Made by a program: the position numbers and the translations under genes
The notes under the pieces: generated by a model
Seen by the model: only the letters and a program-made list of their open reading frames with translations
What the model was told of the DNA's origin: nothing
The model's database searches: none
Assembly (NCBI GenBank): GCA_016193485.1
Contig: JACPRZ010000064.1
Span: 52,357 to 116,356 of the forward strand
DNA: 64,000 nucleotides
Source of the DNA: Bacteroidota bacterium
GTDB taxonomy: Bacteria > Bacteroidota > Bacteroidia > JACPRZ01
Direction: 5' to 3'
In this document: piece after piece, positions 17,815-26,624 of the stretch
Layout: each line of letters starts with the position of its first letter
Position numbering within the stretch: position 1 is the first letter of the stretch

Positions 17815-19878
17815 ATGATCCGTTGCTTATTGTCCTTCATTGTCGTCTTAATTGAATCCGCCTTTTTTTCATTGTTTTTTCTTACCGGAGCGTCAGCATC
17901 AGGAGGATCTGATACCTCACTGATAAATTTCCTCAACGAACAATCTTCCAGTTTATACAGGAATAATCCGGAGCTTGCCAGAAAATATGCCGACAGCGCT
18001 TTGACTCTTTCTGAAAAAATAAACTTCAAAAAAGGGCTCGGTGAAGCATATCAGAACATCGGAATTGCTTTTGATATGCATGGGTACTGCGACTCTGCCA
18101 TAAGCTATTTCCTGCAATCACTGAAAATATTTGAAACTAACGGTAACTTAAGCGGCCAATCGGCATCATTAAATAATATTGGTGAAGCCAACCGCAAGCT
18201 CGGAAGATATGGCAAAGCCCTTGAGTATCATTTCAGGGCATTGAAAATCCGGCAGGGAACAGGCGATAAGGGCGGGATGGCATCTTCTTTCAATAATATC
18301 GGGAATATTTACAGCAGCCAGGGTAATTTCAATAAAGCGGTTGAGTATTTGCTGAAATCACTGCAGTTAAGGGAAGAATCGGGTAATAAGCAGGGCATCG
18401 CCATATCATCCAATAATATCGGGAATGTTTATTATGCCATGGGAAATTTTGATAAAGCTATGGAGTATTACCTGAAATCGTTTAATATTAAAAAGGAAAT
18501 CGGAGATAAGCATGGCCTCACCACTTCGGGAATAAACATCGGTAATGTATATGAAAAAAGAGGCGATCCTGAAAAGGCAATTGAATACTACCGTAATGCC
18601 CTTGCCATACAGGAAGAAATAGGCGATAAACATGTTATTTCGGCATCGCTGAACAATATAGGCGAATTGTACCGGAAGCTGGGTGAACTGGACAAAGCCA
18701 ATGAATATTATAAAAAATCGCTTGTGATTTCTGAATCGGTGGGAGACAAAAAAAGCATTGCGTTGGGTCTTGTCAACATCGCCATTATCCATTCAGCAAT
18801 GAAAAAATATAAAGAAGCCCTCCCTTACCTTGAAAAGGGATTATCATTATCCGATGAAGTAGGGGAGAAAATTCTGTTAAAGCACTGCTATGATGAGTTA
18901 GCCAGGGTATATGCGGGATTGAACGACTACAAAAAAGCGTATCAATACAACACGCTTTGTTCCTCTGTGAAAGATTCCCTGATGAATGAAGAAACAACAA
19001 AGCAAATTGCCGAAATGCAGGAAAAATACCAGTCCGAAAAAAAAGAAAAAGAAATTGAACTGCTTGAAAAACAAAAAAAACTCAGGGAATCGGATATCTT
19101 GCAGCAGGGGATGAAACTGAAACAAAACAGGATCATTAATTTCGGATTGGTAATCGGTTTAATCACCATTGTTCTGACTTTTGTGCTGATCTACATTATT
19201 TCCAGGATAAAACAAAAAGAATTGCTGAACAGGGAACTTATCAAAAAAGAAAAACAGAATATCAGGAACATCATTGAGGTGCAGGAAAACGAAAGAAAAA
19301 GAATTGCCAAAGACCTTCATGACGGTATAGGGCAGACGCTTGCCGGATTGAAAATTTCGCTGAATAACCTTTCCGGCATGCCTCAATCCGCTGTGGGTAA
19401 AGATGAAATCTTTTCCAGGTCAATCCGCCTGATTGACAACGCTTGCAATGAAGTAAGAAATATTTCCCACCAGATGCTGCCTCGCGTATTAAGTGAAATG
19501 GGACTTTGCGATGCCATGAAGGACTTGCTGGATATTTCTTTTTCCGGTTCCAAAATCATGTACGCTTTTGAAAAGCATAATATAACCCGAATGGATGAAT
19601 ATAAAGAGGTTGGTATTTTTAGGATTTTTCAGGAATTACTCAGCAATATAATTAAACATTCAGGCGCTACGGAAATATCAGTTCATTTGCACATCCTTGA
19701 TGGAACATTAATACTAATTGTGGAAGATAATGGTTGTGGTCCCGGACAGTTCCATAACCGTAAAAAAGGAATGGGCTTGTTGAACATCACAACACGGGTT
19801 GAAGCCATGAATGGTATTTTTTCCCTGCAGCCCGGTCCGGAAAAGGGAACTATCGCCAACGTCAGAATTCCCTTATAA
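17815..19878 (+). CDS. TPR-repeat sensor histidine kinase (HisKA_3)
   Basis: Repeated NNIG..Y...G...KA.EY TPRs, a TM segment, ERKRIAKDLHDGIGQ, EDNGCG, GMGL. Confidence 0.95.
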   Translation: MIRCLLSFIVVLIESAFFSLFFLTGASASGGSDTSLINFLNEQSSSLYRNNPELARKYADSALTLSEKINFKKGLGEAYQNIGIAFDMHGYCDSAISYFLQSLKIFETNGNLSGQSASLNNIGEANRKLGRYGKALEYHFRALKIRQGTGDKGGMASSFNNIGNIYSSQGNFNKAVEYLLKSLQLREESGNKQGIAISSNNIGNVYYAMGNFDKAMEYYLKSFNIKKEIGDKHGLTTSGINIGNVYEKRGDPEKAIEYYRNALAIQEEIGDKHVISASLNNIGELYRKLGELDKANEYYKKSLVISESVGDKKSIALGLVNIAIIHSAMKKYKEALPYLEKGLSLSDEVGEKILLKHCYDELARVYAGLNDYKKAYQYNTLCSSVKDSLMNEETTKQIAEMQEKYQSEKKEKEIELLEKQKKLRESDILQQGMKLKQNRIINFGLVIGLITIVLTFVLIYIISRIKQKELLNRELIKKEKQNIRNIIEVQENERKRIAKDLHDGIGQTLAGLKISLNNLSGMPQSAVGKDEIFSRSIRLIDNACNEVRNISHQMLPRVLSEMGLCDAMKDLLDISFSGSKIMYAFEKHNITRMDEYKEVGIFRIFQELLSNIIKHSGATEISVHLHILDGTLILIVEDNGCGPGQFHNRKKGMGLLNITTRVEAMNGIFSLQPGPEKGTIANVRIPL

Positions 19879-20531
19879 TGAAAGAAAAAATCAGGATTAT
19901 AATTGCCGATGATCATCAGCTGATCATTGATGGAATAAAATCGCTTTTATCAGGAGCCGATGATATTAAAATAACAGGTGAAGCATCCAACGGGAAAGAA
20001 GCGCTTGAATTATTAAAAAATAACAGGGCTGATATTGCCATGCTCGATATTGACATGCCGGTGATGAGCGGATATGAGACCGCCAAACAAATTTCTGAAA
20101 AATATCCCGATGTCAAAACCATTATCCTGACAATGTTTAACGAAAAATCACTTATCCGGAAAATGATTGAAACAGGCGCCCATGGTTATATCCTGAAAAA
20201 TATCACAAAAGACGAACTTATTCTCGCCATACATGAAGTGGCAGCAGACAGAAAATTTTACAGCAATGAAATCCATATTGCAATGGCACGCCCTGCACCC
20301 GAGGAAGTAATTAAAAAAGAAGAACCGACCATTTTACCTGATTTGACCAAAAGAGAACTTGAAATTCTGAAAAATATTACCCTCGGATTAACCAATGCGG
20401 AAATTGCCGGGAAATTATTCATAAGCCCGCATACCGTTGATGTGCACCGCACCCATATCATGAAAAAACTTGATGTGCATAATGTAGCCGGGCTTGTCCA
20501 GTTTGTGATAAAAAATCATCTATTAGATTAG
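19878..20531 (+). CDS. NarL/LuxR-family response regulator
   Basis: IADDH, LDIDMP, GYILK, LTKRELEIL..LFISPHTV HTH. Confidence 0.95.
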   Translation: MKEKIRIIIADDHQLIIDGIKSLLSGADDIKITGEASNGKEALELLKNNRADIAMLDIDMPVMSGYETAKQISEKYPDVKTIILTMFNEKSLIRKMIETGAHGYILKNITKDELILAIHEVAADRKFYSNEIHIAMARPAPEEVIKKEEPTILPDLTKRELEILKNITLGLTNAEIAGKLFISPHTVDVHRTHIMKKLDVHNVAGLVQFVIKNHLLD

Positions 20532-20546
20532 TAATAAAATTAATTC

Positions 20547-20554
20547 TATCTTTG
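20547..20554 (+). promoter_or_regulatory. -7 promoter element
   Basis: TATCTTTG upstream of the aspartyl protease ATG at 20583. Confidence 0.55.
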
Positions 20555-20582
20555 CGTGATTAATCATCAATCCACAATAAAA

Positions 20583-20942
20583 ATGGGATTAACTTTTTTG
20601 GAACTGGCCGTTGGAAATCCTTCATCTCCGTCAAAAACGGAGAATGTTGAGTTTTTAATTGACTCGGGAGCAATCTACTCTGTTGTTCCGTCCGGGATAT
20701 TAAAACGGCTTGGCATAAAGCCCTTGTCAAAAGAAGAATTTCGTTTGGCAAACGGTGGCAAAATTATCCGTGAAAAAGGTATTGCACTTTTTAAATATAA
20801 AGACAAAATAGGAGGTTCTGATGTAATTTTTGGTCTGGAAGGCGACAGTAATTTACTCGGAGCAACAACGCTTGAATCACTCGCACTGTCTCTCGACCCA
20901 TTAAAAAGAACATTAAATCCCTTACCGATGATTTTGGGATAA
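20583..20942 (+). CDS. Clan AA (retropepsin-like) aspartyl protease
   Basis: FLIDSGA catalytic motif; LLGATTLESL..SLDP. Confidence 0.85.
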   Translation: MGLTFLELAVGNPSSPSKTENVEFLIDSGAIYSVVPSGILKRLGIKPLSKEEFRLANGGKIIREKGIALFKYKDKIGGSDVIFGLEGDSNLLGATTLESLALSLDPLKRTLNPLPMILG

Positions 20943-21004
20943 AGACGCATCTCCCGCCTTACCAAGTTCCGTTACTGCTTATTTTCCACTAAAATACCCT
21001 CCTT

Positions 21005-21063
21005 ACACTACAAAAATAGTGTGTTTCCCTTATTGACTTGCCTTCTCTTCCTACCTAATTTTG
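21005..21063 (+). promoter_or_regulatory. Promoter with palindromic operator upstream of the surface-protein cluster
   Basis: ACACTA-N6-TAGTGT (21005-21022), TTG near -33, and TAATTTTG at 21056-21063. Confidence 0.55.
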
Positions 21064-21110
21064 GCAGTTGATATTTCATTGTACCCTAACCTGCATAAAG
21101 CAGAAAAATA

Positions 21111-21172
21111 CACCGCAAAGGCGCAAAGACGCAAAGTTTTTTTTAAAAAATTTTCTTTGCGTCTCAGCGGTG
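21111..21172. repeat. Intergenic hairpin of CGCAAAG repeats
   Basis: CACCGC-AAAG-GCGCAAAG-ACGCAAAG...CTTTGCGT-CTCA-GCGGTG. Confidence 0.7.
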
Positions 21173-21231
21173 AAAAATATTCTGCCAAAATATGTCAGAA
21201 TTTAAAATATTAGACACTAAATAATTATCTG

Positions 21232-23796
21232 ATGAAAAAAACAAAATTACTTTTGGTAACCGCTATTGTGGCTGTTTTCTTTTTTCCCCCCTTCGGGGGG
21301 ATGAAGGGGGGCTGTCAGAATATCGGCATCAACACCGATGGCGCAACCCCTAACCTATCCGCTTTGCTTGATATAAGCGCCAGCCCCAATTTCAACAGGG
21401 GATTTCTTATTCCCCGTATGACGCAGGTACAGCGGACTGCAATGGATCCATTGCCGGAGGCGGCACAGGGGCTGATCGTCTATCAGACAGACGGAACAGA
21501 GGGATTTTACTATAATACCAGCACGACAACTACTCCTCTTAACTGGGTTTATCTTGATAACGGTAACATCGGTTGGCTCCTCACGGGAAATACAGGCACT
21601 GTAGATGGAGCTAATTTCCTCGGCACCATTGATGATGTGCCGCTTAATTTCAGGGTATTTAATGAAAAAGCCGGCAGGATAACTTCAAACGGTATCGTAT
21701 TTTTTGGGTACCAGGCAGGCAACAGCAATACGAATACTACCAATACCGGAATCGGTTATCAATCCTTATTTACAAACACAACAGGACAGCGGAATGTGGG
21801 CATCGGGTTTCAATCACTTTATACCAACAATGGCAGTTACAATACAGCCGTTGGATATTTTGCCATGCGCGCCAATAGTTCAGGCGAAGACAATACAGCC
21901 ATCGGTAAAAGGGCTCTACAGTCAAACACCACAGGAAATAAAAATACGGCTGTCGGTTCCTGGAGTTTGCCAAAAAACACAACAGGCATAAACAATACGG
22001 CTGTCGGTTATAATGCATTAAATGACAATACCATTGAAAATTACAATACAGCTGTCGGTTATCAGGCGCTTAATACAAATACGACTGATTATAATTCGGC
22101 TCTTGGTTATCAGGCGCTTTTTTCCAACACCACCGGAAATTTTAATACGGCAACAGGAACCAGCGCCCTTTATTCCAATGTTGATGGAGTCAACAACACG
22201 GCCAGCGGAAGGAATGCCCTTTATTCCAATATCTCAGGAAACAACAATACCGCCAACGGAGTTGCTGCGCTTTATTTCAACACAGGAAACTTAAATACCG
22301 CCACCGGTGCAAATGCTATGCTTTCAAATGTTGGTGGTTTCCAGAATACCGCTTACGGAGCGAGTGCGCTATATTCCAATATCGCGGGAACAAATAACGA
22401 TGCCTTCGGGTTTGAAGCGCTTTATAGCAACACGGGTGACTATAATGTCGCCTTCGGGCGTGCTGCACTTCGCTCTAATACCGCAGGAACGCAGAATAAT
22501 GCCTTAGGATATATGGCGCTTTACGCGAATACCCTCGGAAACTATAATACCGCTATTGGTCATCAGGCGCTTCGGTTTAATCAGGATGGAAATGGTCTTA
22601 CCGCTGTCGGTTACCAGGCGCTTTATACAAATACAACTGGAGGTTGGTACAATACTTCAGTTGGCTACCAGTCGCTTTATACGAATGGCGCAGGATGGAA
22701 AAATACAGCCCTCGGTTACCAGGCGCTTTATAGTAATGACGCGGGGAGTTATAACACTGCGGTAGGATATTATGCTATGCGTGTCAATACATTGGGTGAA
22801 GACAACACTGCCATTGGAAAAAGAGCGCTTGAGTTTACCTCAGCATCCTTTAATACTGCAATCGGTTCACATTGCCTGGAGTTCAATTCAAGCGGGACTA
22901 ATAATATTGGTCTTGGTTACAGGGCAGGCGATAATATTACAACCGGTGGAACCAATATCATGATTGGTTATGATATTGATGCGCAGTCAGCCACCGGAAG
23001 CAACCAGATGTCTATCGGAAATATCATTTTTGCCACCGGTGGTTTTGGCACCGGTAGTGTGGTTGGAGCAGGTAAAGTAAATATTGGAGGAACAACTCCG
23101 GCAAGACGCTTAACCGTAACAGGAGACCAACAAACCAGCGGTTTCGGACGCTTTGTGGGATGGAATAGTGAAGGATTGGCAACCGGAGGGCTTGCGGCTG
23201 AAATAGGGTCGAACGGTACAGCAGCAATTATGCAATCGTACAACAGAGGGGCTGCGACCTTTGGAAATATTAATATCGTAACAGGAGCCAGTCCAACCGG
23301 TATATTTATCCTGACCACTGGCAATACAGGTATTGGCGTAACAGCACCTCAAAGTAAACTTGATGTTGAAGGGGGGGTATCTATCGGAGCAACTTATTCC
23401 GGAACTACAGCAGCGCCCGCAAACGGTGCAATCATTGAAGGACAAGTGGGTATAGCGACCAATACACCGGCAGCAAGCGTTGAATTAGATGTAAATGGCG
23501 AAGCGCAAATAGGAATCAACGGAACAACCATAACCAATATTATTCAGATAACGGTAAATATTGATCCTCCCAGTTTAGCGGCTGGTGCAAACTCCGTTGC
23601 TACAACTGTTGCTGTGGCTAATGCTGCATTAGCATCTTCCGTAATCGCGTCACCCTCTACAACACTTGCAGCAGGATACGGCATTGCTTATGCAAGGGTT
23701 TCGGCAGTAGGCACAGTACTGATTTCATTTTTTAATAATAGCGCTGGACTCATTAATCCTGCTGCTCAGGATTTTTATATTACAGTAATACAATAA
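21232..23796 (+). CDS. Secreted tail-fibre/trimeric beta-helix-like surface protein with ~25 NTAxGxxAL repeats
   Basis: Signal peptide, QNIGIN..SALLDI..GFLIPRMT N-terminus, 16-17 aa repeats, GIGT..P..KLDV motifs. Confidence 0.8.
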   Translation: MKKTKLLLVTAIVAVFFFPPFGGMKGGCQNIGINTDGATPNLSALLDISASPNFNRGFLIPRMTQVQRTAMDPLPEAAQGLIVYQTDGTEGFYYNTSTTTTPLNWVYLDNGNIGWLLTGNTGTVDGANFLGTIDDVPLNFRVFNEKAGRITSNGIVFFGYQAGNSNTNTTNTGIGYQSLFTNTTGQRNVGIGFQSLYTNNGSYNTAVGYFAMRANSSGEDNTAIGKRALQSNTTGNKNTAVGSWSLPKNTTGINNTAVGYNALNDNTIENYNTAVGYQALNTNTTDYNSALGYQALFSNTTGNFNTATGTSALYSNVDGVNNTASGRNALYSNISGNNNTANGVAALYFNTGNLNTATGANAMLSNVGGFQNTAYGASALYSNIAGTNNDAFGFEALYSNTGDYNVAFGRAALRSNTAGTQNNALGYMALYANTLGNYNTAIGHQALRFNQDGNGLTAVGYQALYTNTTGGWYNTSVGYQSLYTNGAGWKNTALGYQALYSNDAGSYNTAVGYYAMRVNTLGEDNTAIGKRALEFTSASFNTAIGSHCLEFNSSGTNNIGLGYRAGDNITTGGTNIMIGYDIDAQSATGSNQMSIGNIIFATGGFGTGSVVGAGKVNIGGTTPARRLTVTGDQQTSGFGRFVGWNSEGLATGGLAAEIGSNGTAAIMQSYNRGAATFGNINIVTGASPTGIFILTTGNTGIGVTAPQSKLDVEGGVSIGATYSGTTAAPANGAIIEGQVGIATNTPAASVELDVNGEAQIGINGTTITNIIQITVNIDPPSLAAGANSVATTVAVANAALASSVIASPSTTLAAGYGIAYARVSAVGTVLISFFNNSAGLINPAAQDFYITVIQ

Positions 23797-23918
23797 TAAA
23801 TAATGGGGAATTATGGATTGGTATATAACCGTAATGCAATAATAAAACCAGGGTCATAAGGGTATTGGGATTTCCTTACGCCCTTATACCTCTATACCCC
23901 TATCCCTTATACCTTTTT

Positions 23919-26606
23919 ATGTTCAAATATTTCTTCACCTCCAACCCCTCCGAGCATCCCAGGTCAACTAATTACCTTGTAATTGCGATTGTACTGATTC
24001 AGATTTTCCTGTGGTTGGTTTTTATCGGATATTCATTTTCGCAATGCTCATCCGGTAACGGATATGAAATGATATTCAACGGTAATTTCAGTTCAGGAAA
24101 CTTCGGTTTTACAACAGATTATTCATATTGCAATACTTCCGGTTGTTTGGGACCTGAAGGATATTATACCGTTGATGATGATCCTGCCGTCTATAACGGC
24201 TGGTCGGGTGAAGGACACACTTTCCCTGGTCCCGACAGTTTTATGATTGTCAATGGCGCACCGGTTGCAAACCAACTGGTCTGGTGCCAGACAATATCGG
24301 TTACAGCAAATACGTGGTATATTTTTTCAACCTGGGTGAGCACTATGGACCCATCTGCTTACAGTCCTGCCGAACTTCAGTTTTCAATAAACGGTATTCC
24401 TGTCGGCAGCATTTTTACTGCAGGAACCGCGCAGAATGTATGGTGGCAGTTTTATGAAAACTGGTATTCCGGAGCCGCTACTTCGGCACAGATTTGCATT
24501 GTAAATCAGAACACGGCATCAGGAAGCAATGATTTTGGTCTGGATGATATTTCATTCCAGGGGTGTGAATGTAATCTCATGGTAAATGCAGGTAACGATA
24601 CTTCTATTTGCTCAGGGGAATCATTGCAATTGACCGCTAACGGTGGTGTAACTTACCTGTGGAGCAGCGGGGAAACAACTGCATCCATAACAAAAAGTCC
24701 GGCAAATGACACTCTGTTTTATGTGATCGCTTCAGCAGGCCCCTGCTCTGATACCGATTCGGTGTTTGTAACTATAAATCCTTCTTTTGATGCCACTATA
24801 AATCCTGCTGGGCCTTTTTGCAGCAACACCCCCCCCATTGACCTGATAGCAGCGGATACCGGTGGGATATGGTCAGGAACAGGGATTACAAATACCGTTA
24901 CCGGAACATTTGATCCATCCGTTTCGGGAAGCGGAACCCATAAAATATATTACATTATTCCCGGATTATGCGGTGGTGCCGATTCTGTTTCCATCACAAT
25001 TAATCCTTCTCTTGATGCCGCCATTGCACCGGCAGGACCTTTGTGTGCAGATGATCCACCGTTGAATTTATCTGCTTCTAACAGCGGTGGTTTGTGGGTA
25101 GGAACGGGAATCACCAATCCCTTTAACGGAACATTCAGCCCTGCCGTTTCGGGTCCGGGAACTTTTCAGATTTATTATTTCCTTACCGGCACCTGCGGTG
25201 ATACCGATTCGGTATCCATTATTGTCACCGGTTATTTAGATGCAACAATTACCCCCCCCGGTTCACTTTGTCAAAACGGCTCTCCCGTTCTCCTTACTGC
25301 TGCTGACACCGGTGGAGTTTGGTCCGGAACCGGTATTGTAAACCAGGATTCGGGAATTTTTGACCCTTCGTTTTCGGGAACCGGAAATTTTGTGATTATT
25401 TACACTATCCCCGGAAGTTGCGGTGATACCGATTCTGTTTCAATTACCGTGAATACTTCTTCCGATGCCACAATTACCCCTGCCGGGCCTTTCTGCGAAA
25501 ATGAAACTCCGGTAATGCTCTCGGCTACCGACAGCATTGGAGTATGGTCGGGAAACGGAATTACAAATTCTTCAACAGGCGCTTTTGACCCTTCTGCAGC
25601 GGGACCGGGGACATCTTTAATTACATATACAATTTCCGGTCAGTGCGGTGACAGCGATACGGTTTATATAACTGTTTATGCAACACCATTACCGGTAATA
25701 ACGGCAAACGAACCCCTTTCATTCTGCGATGGTGATACGGTAATTTTGACTTCTTCGCTTTTTGATAGTTATTTATGGTCGACTAATGAAATTTCTCAAA
25801 GCATATCAGTAATTGTAAGCGGGATTTATTCTGTTACCGTAATTGATTCCAACAACTGCAGCGGAACATCCCAGCCGGTTTCAGTTACCGTTACAAATCA
25901 ACCGGTCGCTGTAATAACCGGCAAAAATTCAATTTGTAATGGAATGAACATCATATTAACCGCTTCCGGTGGTTCCGGTTATGTATGGAGTACCGGTGAA
26001 ACTTCCCAATCGGTAACAGTAATACCCGATGATAACGCACAATATTTCGTTACTGTGTCAAACGGTTCCTGCACGGATACTGCATCAATTTCTGTTACGG
26101 TAAACCCTCTGCCTGCAGCATTTTCCGGAAATGATACAGTCATTGAATTCGGTTCCACGGTTATGATTAACGCTTCAGGTGGGATATATTATTTATGGAG
26201 TAACGGTTCAACTGATTCCGGCATGAGTGTTAAACTTTATTCCACTGCGGTTTTTTCAGTCACTGTCACTGATGAAAATAATTGCACTTCGGTTGATTCG
26301 GTAAAAATCACTGTACTGGAATGTCCGGAACCATTTATCCCATCTGCTTTTTCACCGAACGGAGATAATTTTAATGATGTCCTCTTCATCAGGGGGATAT
26401 CTGACGAATGTTTTTCGGAGATGAGATTTCATATTTACAACCGATGGGGCGAGGAGGTCTTTCAGACAGCAACTGTCAATACCGGATGGGACGGTTCAAA
26501 AAACAACAGGGCGCTGGATGCAGGCGTCTTCGTTTATTTCCTGTCAATGAAGTATCCGGTAGGGGAGGAAAAGACAATGAAGGGAAATATTACGCTCGTA
26601 AGATGA
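23919..26606 (+). CDS. T9SS type B (gliding motility-associated CHU_C) cargo protein with Ig-like repeats
   Basis: Four ~75-aa DATI.PAGPFC...WSG.GI repeats; C-terminal FIPSAFSPNGD..ND, IYNRWGE, GWDG, KGNITLVR. Start 23919 preferred over 23865. Confidence 0.9.
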   Translation: MFKYFFTSNPSEHPRSTNYLVIAIVLIQIFLWLVFIGYSFSQCSSGNGYEMIFNGNFSSGNFGFTTDYSYCNTSGCLGPEGYYTVDDDPAVYNGWSGEGHTFPGPDSFMIVNGAPVANQLVWCQTISVTANTWYIFSTWVSTMDPSAYSPAELQFSINGIPVGSIFTAGTAQNVWWQFYENWYSGAATSAQICIVNQNTASGSNDFGLDDISFQGCECNLMVNAGNDTSICSGESLQLTANGGVTYLWSSGETTASITKSPANDTLFYVIASAGPCSDTDSVFVTINPSFDATINPAGPFCSNTPPIDLIAADTGGIWSGTGITNTVTGTFDPSVSGSGTHKIYYIIPGLCGGADSVSITINPSLDAAIAPAGPLCADDPPLNLSASNSGGLWVGTGITNPFNGTFSPAVSGPGTFQIYYFLTGTCGDTDSVSIIVTGYLDATITPPGSLCQNGSPVLLTAADTGGVWSGTGIVNQDSGIFDPSFSGTGNFVIIYTIPGSCGDTDSVSITVNTSSDATITPAGPFCENETPVMLSATDSIGVWSGNGITNSSTGAFDPSAAGPGTSLITYTISGQCGDSDTVYITVYATPLPVITANEPLSFCDGDTVILTSSLFDSYLWSTNEISQSISVIVSGIYSVTVIDSNNCSGTSQPVSVTVTNQPVAVITGKNSICNGMNIILTASGGSGYVWSTGETSQSVTVIPDDNAQYFVTVSNGSCTDTASISVTVNPLPAAFSGNDTVIEFGSTVMINASGGIYYLWSNGSTDSGMSVKLYSTAVFSVTVTDENNCTSVDSVKITVLECPEPFIPSAFSPNGDNFNDVLFIRGISDECFSEMRFHIYNRWGEEVFQTATVNTGWDGSKNNRALDAGVFVYFLSMKYPVGEEKTMKGNITLVR

Positions 26607-26624
26607 TATCACCCATAATAAAAA

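Noticed and set aside
17770-20980. CAGTAAC (near 17781) and GTTACTG (near 20971) as ends of a larger element
   Set aside because: They face outward, match over only 7 bp and show no target-site duplication.
21700-22980. Long periodic array resembling a CRISPR or tandem repeat
   Set aside because: The periodicity is at protein level (NTAxG repeats) with synonymous variation; there is no constant repeat/unique spacer structure.
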